Positions 37,656-46,075 of a DNA stretch of 64,000 nt are shown piece by piece. The stretch's first letter is position 1; every line of letters begins with the position of its first letter. The notes beneath the pieces are model-generated. The model worked only from the letters and a program-made list of their open reading frames with translations, had not been told where the DNA came from and searched no databases. The translations under genes were made by a program, and so were the position numbers. This DNA comes from Candidatus Buchananbacteria bacterium (GTDB taxonomy: Bacteria > Patescibacteriota > Patescibacteriia > Buchananbacterales > UBA6539), in assembly GCA_013359225.1 (NCBI GenBank), contig JABWCG010000001.1, positions 6,410 through 70,409 on the forward strand, given 5' to 3'.

Positions 37656-38483
37656 ATGACTAAAAAGATAAGAATCGTTTTAATTTTTATTACAATAGTA
37701 ATTATTGTTTTGGTAACAGGTCTGGCAATTACCAAATTGACTGTTTTTGATACAGTTTCGGTTGACGAAAGTTTCAGGAAAAACGTCATGCAGGCAGTTA
37801 GCACTCATTACGACAATCCGTTTGAGCGTCTAGCCTTATGGCTAGGTGAAAGCCGTATCGTTTCCGCTACGCCTTTGAGCGCAGAAGTTGAATCTTTTAC
37901 TTTATTTAGAATTCCGCTAGGATTTTTGCGCGGTATGTCGGACATGAAGCTTGGCATATTTTTTAACCCGGCTGGTGATTGGTCGGCCAAAATTAGTTCG
38001 AGCGCTGTCGGTTTTGAGCTGGAGGAACAAGAGTCAAGCAAGCAGCAGGCAGATGATGATTTGTGGCAAACTGTTATTGATGATAATCAAGGCATTAAAT
38101 TTAAATATCCCAAACGATTGTTAGCTCAATATGTCTTTATTGTTGAATGGCCGCCGGTTGTGATGACGGATGCCAGCATTCAGGAATTAAATTGCCAGGA
38201 GACCGCGCCGGAAAAAAGTTTGTCTGCTCGGATAATCCGCCGGCAGGTTGACGACAGGGTTTACTGTGTCCACGCCGCAAGCGAAGGCGCGGCCGGGTCG
38301 GTTTATACTAAATACGCCTATTCAACGGTTTGGCATGAGCGGTTGGTTACGGTCAGTTTTGTTTTGCGATATCCGCAATGCACCAACTACGACGAGCCAG
38401 CGCAAACTGAGTGCCAAAATGAACGGGAATCTTTTGATCTGGACGCCGTAGTGGATAGAATCGTTTTGAGTTTGGAAGTTTAA
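37656..38483 (+). CDS. Hypothetical membrane-anchored protein
   Basis: It has an N-terminal transmembrane helix followed by a soluble domain with conserved Cys residues. Confidence 0.5.
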   Translation: MTKKIRIVLIFITIVIIVLVTGLAITKLTVFDTVSVDESFRKNVMQAVSTHYDNPFERLALWLGESRIVSATPLSAEVESFTLFRIPLGFLRGMSDMKLGIFFNPAGDWSAKISSSAVGFELEEQESSKQQADDDLWQTVIDDNQGIKFKYPKRLLAQYVFIVEWPPVVMTDASIQELNCQETAPEKSLSARIIRRQVDDRVYCVHAASEGAAGSVYTKYAYSTVWHERLVTVSFVLRYPQCTNYDEPAQTECQNERESFDLDAVVDRIVLSLEV

Positions 38484-38577
38484 TCAGCTGTTTTTTTAAG
38501 ACATTTGGTCAGCACTATCTGAAAATGTCTTTTATTTATTTTTTTGCTATAATGAAATCAATTAACTCTATAAAAAT

Positions 38578-41061
38578 ATGAACCCTGAACAAAACGATAG
38601 TTCGCCGCAACTAACTCCTAACCGGGCCGGTAAAAATATCTACAAGTTTATTTTGCCGGCTGTTATTATAGCTATTTTGGCCGTTGCTGGCGTTATGTAT
38701 ACTTTTTTAATTAACACCAATAAAACAGATCAGGCGGTCAATAATACAAATCAGCAGGTGCATGCCACGCGCTGGAATTTTGGTTTGGTTCAGCCGGTAT
38801 TTGCTCAATCCGGACAGGAGAACGTTATGGTCAAACCGGCCGTGCCGTTTGCTAAGGTTTCAGTGGCGCAAATTGAAAATATTGGTAGCTTTACCGCCGA
38901 CAGTAATGTGGTGCTTTCTGATGATCAAAAAGCGGCTTTGGAAGATAGCGGCTTCTTTTTAGCCAGCAATGATTTAGTGGGCGAAGAACCCATTCGTGAC
39001 GATTTTGTTGACATGTATGACCAATTTGACGGTTCAAGCAATCAGTATTACCGTCAGGGCGACGATGCGGTGTTTATCACTAGCGACCTGGCATTGCATC
39101 TTTACCATATTTTAATTGATCGCAGTTTCCAAAGTATTGAAGAAACCAAGTTTCAGCCAATGCTGCGGGCAATGACCAAATCTTTGTTTGCTGATTCTCT
39201 TGAAAAATATAATACCGCTACAGCCCCGGCCTTAAAAGACTCGTATAAGCGGCTAGCCGTTTATTATTTAATTCCGCTAGTGGCGCTTGATGCCGGTAGC
39301 GTGTCAGCACAGGTGGATGTTGATCCGAAAGATTTTGATACTTTTGCCCAGTATCTTGATGCGGTGAAAGCAAAAAAAATAGAAAATAGCGCCGCCGATT
39401 TAACATTTTCATTGGCCGACAAGATTTATGACGGCCAAGTTTTAAGTGATGAGATTTATGATTTAGCCAGCGCGGAATTGGCATTGATTCAAAAGGCCGA
39501 AGGCAAAGCGCCGTCGCCGCTGTTTACGCCATTGCGGGTAGAATTTGAAAACGACTATTCTCAATTTAAACCGCGATCTCACTACACTAAAAATGATGTC
39601 TTAAAAAGTTATTTTGTGGCGATGATGTGGTACGGCCGCATGGGCTTTCCGTTGAACAGTCCGGCCCTGACCCGTGATGCGCTATTGATTACGGCTCAAA
39701 TTAACAATCTGAAAGTTAACGATCAGGATTTGTCAAAATTGTGGTCTGATATGGCGACGGTTATTGATTTTTTTGTCGGTGAGGTTGACGACTTGACCGC
39801 CTATCACTACACCGGCGTGATTAACGACGTATATGGCGCCGAAGTTACGTCCGAGAGTTTTGCTGATGAACAGCAATTGGATAATTTTATTGCTAAAGCT
39901 AAAAAGGATTTGCCGACCCCGAAAATTGTTTCTGAATTATTGTGGGTATTTGATAATGGCGGGCAGCGAGATGAGCTATTAGCCAGCACTAAGCAGTTTC
40001 GCTTTATGGGCCAGCGGTTTACGCCCGACGCGTATATTATTAATAATTTGACGCAAGGGGAAGGGCTGCCCGAACCAGAAACCGGTCAGATGTTGCCCTC
40101 AATGCCGACTGCTTTAATGTCAATGCATTTATTGGCGCCTGATAACGAGGTGGTGAAAGCCTATCTTGATCAGTGGATTAATGATCCGGTGCGAATCAAG
40201 CAGCAGGGCCGGCAGTCTGACAAGGTGATTGCGAAAGTGTTAGGTAGCTTGAAAGCGGAGTTTGCCGGGTACGATGCAGTTATTTGGTCAAAAAATATTT
40301 ACTGGCGCTGGCTGGATGCTTTTAAGGCTTTGTTGAAAAAGTATGGTGAGGGGTATCCGTCTTTTATGCAGACAGACGCCTGGCAAAAAAAGAATCTGGG
40401 TACGGCCTTGGGTTCGTTCACCGAGCTTAAACACGATACGCTGCTATATGCCAAACAATCATACGCTGAACTCGGCGGCGGGCCAGGTGAAAACCCGCAA
40501 TTGCCGCCGGTAGTAAAAGGTTACGTGGAGCCGGATTTGGAATTTTGGAACAAGATTATTGATTTGGCCGAAATCACCAAAACTGGACTTGAGAGCCGCG
40601 GCGTCTTTCCGGGCGACTACGAAACCAAATATGAGTTGTTTATTGATACCAGTAAATTTTTCCGCCAGTTGGCCGAGCAAGAACTAAAGAACGAAAAGAT
40701 TAGTGATGAAGATTTTGAGAAGCTTCGGACTATTAGTTTTACTTTAGGCCGGATTGTTGAGCCGATTCCTGGGCAAGAACTGACCAAACGAGAAAAGCGC
40801 GCTGGCATTATTGCCGATATTCATACGGACGGCATTAAAGGTCAGATATTGTATGAAGCAACCGGTAAACCGTATATTGCGTATATTGCTGTCAAAGATG
40901 CCAACGGCACTCGGTTGACGCGCGGCGTGGTGTTTAACCATTATGAATTCAGTGATAAGTTTGGTGAACGATTATCCGATGAAGATTGGCAGGCCACTGT
41001 TTATGAAGATAATGGTGTGTTACCTGCGGCTGACGCCTGGTCAACCCAGTTAATAAAATAG
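38578..41061 (+). CDS. Large hypothetical membrane-anchored protein (827 aa)
   Basis: It has an N-terminal transmembrane segment and a long extracytoplasmic region; it may be a DUF3160-type protein (from memory only). Confidence 0.5.
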   Translation: MNPEQNDSSPQLTPNRAGKNIYKFILPAVIIAILAVAGVMYTFLINTNKTDQAVNNTNQQVHATRWNFGLVQPVFAQSGQENVMVKPAVPFAKVSVAQIENIGSFTADSNVVLSDDQKAALEDSGFFLASNDLVGEEPIRDDFVDMYDQFDGSSNQYYRQGDDAVFITSDLALHLYHILIDRSFQSIEETKFQPMLRAMTKSLFADSLEKYNTATAPALKDSYKRLAVYYLIPLVALDAGSVSAQVDVDPKDFDTFAQYLDAVKAKKIENSAADLTFSLADKIYDGQVLSDEIYDLASAELALIQKAEGKAPSPLFTPLRVEFENDYSQFKPRSHYTKNDVLKSYFVAMMWYGRMGFPLNSPALTRDALLITAQINNLKVNDQDLSKLWSDMATVIDFFVGEVDDLTAYHYTGVINDVYGAEVTSESFADEQQLDNFIAKAKKDLPTPKIVSELLWVFDNGGQRDELLASTKQFRFMGQRFTPDAYIINNLTQGEGLPEPETGQMLPSMPTALMSMHLLAPDNEVVKAYLDQWINDPVRIKQQGRQSDKVIAKVLGSLKAEFAGYDAVIWSKNIYWRWLDAFKALLKKYGEGYPSFMQTDAWQKKNLGTALGSFTELKHDTLLYAKQSYAELGGGPGENPQLPPVVKGYVEPDLEFWNKIIDLAEITKTGLESRGVFPGDYETKYELFIDTSKFFRQLAEQELKNEKISDEDFEKLRTISFTLGRIVEPIPGQELTKREKRAGIIADIHTDGIKGQILYEATGKPYIAYIAVKDANGTRLTRGVVFNHYEFSDKFGERLSDEDWQATVYEDNGVLPAADAWSTQLIK

Positions 41062-41062
41062 C

Positions 41063-42778
41063 ATGATTAAAAGTCACAAGAGGTTAGTTATTACCATAAT
41101 TGCAGGCCTGTCGTTAACAGGCCTGTTTGCTATTTTTTTAGTTTTGACCAGGCCGTCAGCATCAAGCGTCAGCGATATTCAACCGAAATTGCATTCGGCC
41201 AATCCTGATGATAAAGATTTTTTTGAAACGGCATATCACTTTGCCGACAAAAATATTGATCTGTCCGGTAAACGCGTCGTGGCGGGGATTATTCCACACC
41301 ACTTGCTTGCCGCTGACCTGATTGCTGATTTTTTCCATAATCTAGAAGGTCAAAATTATGATTCAATCATTTTGCTTGGTCCAAATCATTTTTTATCCGG
41401 CCAGTCAGATATTATTACTTCGGCGTATGATTGGCAGACGCCATACGGCATCCTGGAGCATGATGACGATACGTTGCATGATTTATTGTTTGTCTCCGGC
41501 CTGGACGTTGGTGTTGAGGAGAGTGTGGTGCAGGGTGAACATGCAATAAGTAGCGAAGTAGCTTTTATCAAAAAGACTTTTCCACAAGCTAAATTCACAC
41601 CGTTGATTTTGAAACCAGGGGTTAATCAACAGCAGGCAGTGGAATTAGCGGAAACGTTATTTAAAATTTCTCAGGATAAAAAGATTTTGGTTTTAGTTAG
41701 TGCTGATTTTTCTCACTATAAAACCAGTCAGGAGGCCCAGCGCGATGACGTTAGGTCAATTGCCGCGATTACTAATTTTGATTTTTCCAGCATCTACGAT
41801 ATAGATGTTGATTCGCCGCCGTCAATTTATACGCTACTTAAATTCAGTCAGCTGAACGGCGCCGGTTTTGAGCTTCTAGACAATTCTAATTCGGCGTTGT
41901 TGTCCGGGCGAGCAGATCTGACTAGTACGACAAGTTACGTGACGGGGTACGTTGTTTGGCAAGACATTAATTTATTGTTTGTGGGCGATATTATGCTTGA
42001 TCGGGGTGTAAAAACACTGATTGAACAGAAGGGATTTGAGTATATTCTTGATGACTTGGTCAGCAATAACTTTTTTGCCGATTATGATTTGGTTGGCGCC
42101 AATCTTGAAGGTGCGGTCACTGACGGCGGGCAGCACTATGAACCGGCCAAGGAATTTGATTTTGCGTTTGATCCGGCCGTTGTTGCCCGTTTGTCCGAAT
42201 ATGGGTTTAATTTTTTTAATCTTGCTAACAACCATTTTAATGACCAGGGGCAGCGGGGGATAGCGGAAACTAAAAAAAACTTAGCGGCGCTCGGGATTAA
42301 TTTTTCAGGTTGTCCCGATGCAACAATTTCGGCCTGCAGCTTAACTGTCATACCGGTTAAACATAAAAAGATAGGTTTGGTTGGACTGAATATGGCGGCA
42401 GGAAAAATTGATTCAGAAAAAGTGCGAGAGGCAATCAGTTCAGCTACGGCGGAAACGGATTGGATTATCGTGAACATTCATTGGGGTGAGGAATATGATA
42501 CCGCCGCTAATAAGCTTCAGCGGCAAATGGCGCATGAGCTAATTGACAGCGGCGCGGACGTGATTATCGGCCATCATCCGCACGTGGTCCAAGAAGTTGA
42601 AGTATACAAAAGTAAGCCCATTTTTTATTCTTTGGGTAATTTTATTTTTGATCAGTATTTTTCGGATTTTACCCAAGAGGGCTTGGCAGTTTCGTTGAAT
42701 ATTTCTAAGGCAGGAGTTGAGTATACTTTACATCCGTTTAAGGCAGCAAATGGCCAGCTTAGGTTGGAAGCCGATTAA
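41063..42778 (+). CDS. Membrane-anchored Memo-like (N-terminal) / CapA-like metallophosphatase (C-terminal) fusion
   Basis: The N-terminus has GIIPHHLLA...ILLGPNHF, which resembles the Memo/AmmeMemoRadiSam protein B core. The C-terminus has LLFVGDIMLDRG and GADVIIGHHPHVVQ, which are CapA/PgsA motifs. Confidence 0.55.
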   Translation: MIKSHKRLVITIIAGLSLTGLFAIFLVLTRPSASSVSDIQPKLHSANPDDKDFFETAYHFADKNIDLSGKRVVAGIIPHHLLAADLIADFFHNLEGQNYDSIILLGPNHFLSGQSDIITSAYDWQTPYGILEHDDDTLHDLLFVSGLDVGVEESVVQGEHAISSEVAFIKKTFPQAKFTPLILKPGVNQQQAVELAETLFKISQDKKILVLVSADFSHYKTSQEAQRDDVRSIAAITNFDFSSIYDIDVDSPPSIYTLLKFSQLNGAGFELLDNSNSALLSGRADLTSTTSYVTGYVVWQDINLLFVGDIMLDRGVKTLIEQKGFEYILDDLVSNNFFADYDLVGANLEGAVTDGGQHYEPAKEFDFAFDPAVVARLSEYGFNFFNLANNHFNDQGQRGIAETKKNLAALGINFSGCPDATISACSLTVIPVKHKKIGLVGLNMAAGKIDSEKVREAISSATAETDWIIVNIHWGEEYDTAANKLQRQMAHELIDSGADVIIGHHPHVVQEVEVYKSKPIFYSLGNFIFDQYFSDFTQEGLAVSLNISKAGVEYTLHPFKAANGQLRLEAD

Positions 42779-42808
42779 ATACACTTGGTCAGATTTGACT
42801 TTATTTTC

Positions 42809-42837
42809 ATATATATGTAAGATACTTACATATATAT
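42809..42837 (+). promoter_or_regulatory. Perfect 29-bp palindrome ATATATATGTAAG-ATA-CTTACATATATAT overlapping the marR start codon (a putative MarR operator)
   Basis: The palindrome is read directly and ends at the AT of the ATG at 42836. Confidence 0.6.
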
Positions 42838-43273
42838 GAATCAATCAAAAAGAGAAAAACATATTGAAGATATTGTCGCCGGGTTTAAGGGCTTGTATCA
42901 GCAGCTGCATGCTTCATTTTTAATCGAACCAAACTCTTGCCCAATTACTCAATCGCAGTGGTTGGTGTTAACATTTATTGCCAAACACAGTAAGCCAACC
43001 ATCCGTGATCTTCGAACGGTTTTAGGTATCAGTAGTAGTGCGGTGACGCAACTGGTTAATATTCTTGAGAAAAAAGGGTATGTGGTTCGTCGGATCCATC
43101 CGGACGACGGCCGGGCTTCGATGTTGGAACTCTCGTCCCGGGCTCGAAAAACTTTTAATGCACTAAAGAATAGACGGCTAAAGGAAATTGCAAAACTTTT
43201 TGATATTTTTACCGATGACGAACTGCTTAAATATGTTGCGTTGCATCGCAAACTAACCGGACAAAATTATTAA
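42836..43273 (+). CDS. MarR-family transcriptional regulator
   Basis: The winged helix-turn-helix region is present: LVLTFIAKHSKPTIRDLRTVLGISSSAVTQLVNILEKKGYV. Confidence 0.75.
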   Translation: MNQSKREKHIEDIVAGFKGLYQQLHASFLIEPNSCPITQSQWLVLTFIAKHSKPTIRDLRTVLGISSSAVTQLVNILEKKGYVVRRIHPDDGRASMLELSSRARKTFNALKNRRLKEIAKLFDIFTDDELLKYVALHRKLTGQNY

Positions 43274-43277
43274 CACT

Positions 43278-44696
43278 ATGAAATCAAAAGCCTCAAAATC
43301 ACTTGAAGGTCCAATTTTTCAGTCATTAATTACTTTGGCAATCCCGATTGTTTTAGCAAATATTTTGCAGACAGCGTATCAGTTGACAGACGCCTTTTGG
43401 GTTGGTCGACTAGGTGGTGCGGCTGTCGCGGCGGTATCTGTTAGTTTTCCAGTGGTGTTTTTGCTAATCTCTTTGGGTGCCGGTTTTGCTATTGCCGGCT
43501 CAACATTGGTGGCGCAGTATTTTGGCGCACAAAATCATAAAATGGTAAACCATGTTGCGGCTCAGACATTACTGATGGTTGCGTTTAGTTCGGTGGTGCT
43601 TGGGGTGATTGGGTATTTGATTGCACCGGGGATTTTACGGTTGATGAATGTAGAACCGGTGGTGTTTGTCAGCGCCCTGGGCTTTATGCGGGTGTCGTTT
43701 TTGGGTATTGTTTTTATTTTTGGTTTCGCGATGTTCCAATCAGTCATGCGGGGTATCGGCGAAGTCACTATGCCAATGTATATTGTATTAGCAACGGTAT
43801 TGCTTAATTTCGTCCTTGATCCTTTATTTATTTTTGGTTGGGGCAGTGTCCCAGGATATGGGGTGATGGGGGCGGCAATGGCGACATTTGGAACGCAGGC
43901 GCTGGCGGCGGCAGTGGGGTTTATGCTGCTACTGACGGGGAAATATGGTATTCACTTGAAACTGTCTGATTTTAAACCAGACTACAAATTTATTAAAAAA
44001 GCTTTTTTTCTTGGATTTCCATCTTCCATTGAACAGTCGGCGCGAGCGTTGGGCCTGATGGTGATGACCTTTTTGATTGCCAGCTTTGGCACCCTGACGA
44101 TGGCGGCGTACGGCGTTGGTGCGAATATTCTTCAGCTGGTTATTATTCCTGGTATGGGCCTGTCGATGGCAATTTCGGTTTTGGTTGGACAAAATATTGG
44201 CGCCGGCAACATCAGGCGCGCTTCGGATATTGCGCGCTTCGGAAGCGTCTTTGCTTTTGCGAGTCTCACTATAATTGGGCTGGTGGCTTTTATTTTTGCC
44301 AGACAACTGATTACTTTTTTTGTCCCCGGCGATGAAATGGTTATTCAAACCGGGACAGCTTTTGTCCGCATTATGGCGCTAAGTTTTGGGTTTATGGGAG
44401 TACATTTGGCGCTCATGGGAGTATTTCGAGCGTCAGGAAACATGTTGGCGACTATGATTATTTCATTGGTTTCGCAGTGGGTGCTTCAATTTCCGGCTGC
44501 GTATTTGTTTTCTAAACACACCAGCCTTGGTGTTAGTGGATTATGGTGGTCATTTCCAGTTTCTAACGTTTTAATCGCTTTTATTACTGTTGCTTGGTAT
44601 GCTAAAGGGGATTGGAAGAAGAAGAAACTTACCACCGAGGACCGGCTGGTAGAAAAGGTGTCAGAAGAAATTATTATTGAGGAGGGGATAAGATAA
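43278..44696 (+). CDS. MATE family efflux transporter
   Basis: It has twelve transmembrane helices and the MATE N-terminal pattern, and lies immediately downstream of marR. Confidence 0.75.
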   Translation: MKSKASKSLEGPIFQSLITLAIPIVLANILQTAYQLTDAFWVGRLGGAAVAAVSVSFPVVFLLISLGAGFAIAGSTLVAQYFGAQNHKMVNHVAAQTLLMVAFSSVVLGVIGYLIAPGILRLMNVEPVVFVSALGFMRVSFLGIVFIFGFAMFQSVMRGIGEVTMPMYIVLATVLLNFVLDPLFIFGWGSVPGYGVMGAAMATFGTQALAAAVGFMLLLTGKYGIHLKLSDFKPDYKFIKKAFFLGFPSSIEQSARALGLMVMTFLIASFGTLTMAAYGVGANILQLVIIPGMGLSMAISVLVGQNIGAGNIRRASDIARFGSVFAFASLTIIGLVAFIFARQLITFFVPGDEMVIQTGTAFVRIMALSFGFMGVHLALMGVFRASGNMLATMIISLVSQWVLQFPAAYLFSKHTSLGVSGLWWSFPVSNVLIAFITVAWYAKGDWKKKKLTTEDRLVEKVSEEIIIEEGIR

Positions 44697-44735
44697 TTTG
44701 GCAGCAGTAAGTTTCAATCATTAGGCTTTAAAAAT

Positions 44736-45836
44736 ATGACAGCAGAGTATAAACCAATACAATTTCCTGAAGATGAATCATCTCATGATTTCATCGTTGA
44801 GTGGTGGTATTTTAACGGGCACTTAACGGACCATAGCGGCAAGGAGTATTCGTTTATGAATTGTCTTTTTAAGGTCGACGTCAAAAAAGTTAAGATACCT
44901 TTTTTGAGCAAGGTGCCGTTAAAGATATCTTATTTTTCCCATTCGCTTGTCACTGATTTGGCCGCCCGGTATTTTTATCATCGTATTACGCCGTTTTCAA
45001 TTGTTTCTAAACTCAGCTTCACTAAGCCGCTGCTTTATGTGGAATACGTTAATCCGGAAATTAAAAAAAGTTATGATAATTGTCTGATTGAAAAAACCGG
45101 CGAATCAACCTATCGCGTAAAAAATGAAGACTTGGATTTATTGTTAACATCGGTTAAGGCTCCGTTGCTTGAAGGTGGCACCGGATTTCTTGATTTGCAG
45201 TCAAAAACCACCTATTACTACTCATTGACCAATTTGAAAACAAAAGGCCGGATAAAGATTAATGATGTCTGGATTGATGTCACGGGTAAGTCGTGGATGG
45301 ATCATCAATGGGCGAATACACAATATACCAAGGACCGCTGGGATTGGTTTTCAATTCAGCTAGATAACGACACGGAAATTGTTTGTTATATGTACGACGC
45401 CGGTAAAGTCAAAAATTATTTAGCAGATATCTCTTACCCCGACGGCCGGCAAGAACATTATGAAAAAATTAAAATAATCCCCGGCGACAGGGTATGGACG
45501 AGCCCTAAGAGTAAGGCAGTCTACCCTTTGGACTGGACGATAGAAATTCCAAAGGCAAAAATCAATTTGGCACTTCAGGCAAAAATTGATAACCAGGAAA
45601 TGCTGTTTGGCTCGATTAATTATTGGGAAGGTCCGCTGCGGGTGAGCGGTGAGTGTGCCGGCCAAAAAGTAACCGGCCTTGGTTTTATGGAGCTGGTCGG
45701 TTACCCGTCTGAATACAATAATGTCAAATATATTAAAGATGAGGTTAATAAGACTTTAAATAAGTTAGCTTCGTTAGCAAAAAGTAAAGCCGCCGATCTG
45801 ACAACTTATTTGAAAAACGATTTTTTTGATCAGTAA
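44736..45836 (+). CDS. CrtC/AttH-family (hydroxyneurosporene-synthase-like lipocalin fold) protein
   Basis: The N-terminal EWWYFNGHL motif is characteristic of the AttH/CrtC family. Confidence 0.5.
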   Translation: MTAEYKPIQFPEDESSHDFIVEWWYFNGHLTDHSGKEYSFMNCLFKVDVKKVKIPFLSKVPLKISYFSHSLVTDLAARYFYHRITPFSIVSKLSFTKPLLYVEYVNPEIKKSYDNCLIEKTGESTYRVKNEDLDLLLTSVKAPLLEGGTGFLDLQSKTTYYYSLTNLKTKGRIKINDVWIDVTGKSWMDHQWANTQYTKDRWDWFSIQLDNDTEIVCYMYDAGKVKNYLADISYPDGRQEHYEKIKIIPGDRVWTSPKSKAVYPLDWTIEIPKAKINLALQAKIDNQEMLFGSINYWEGPLRVSGECAGQKVTGLGFMELVGYPSEYNNVKYIKDEVNKTLNKLASLAKSKAADLTTYLKNDFFDQ

Positions 45837-46075
45837 ACACCATTACCGTCAGTTGATTTTAAGCCTAAAACTCCGGGTCTGTTGCCCGGTTTTTAGGTAT
45901 TCAAGGTATTTTTGTAACTTTTTTGGTGTTTTTAGGTATTATATGGTGGGTGAGAGAATTTTTATTTTTTGAAAATTTAGGCCAAGTCGGCAGAATTTCT
46001 TGTTGACTAAGTCGGATTTTGGTATAATTTAGGTGTGTTATATATTAACTTTTGTTTATTATTCACTAAAAAAAT

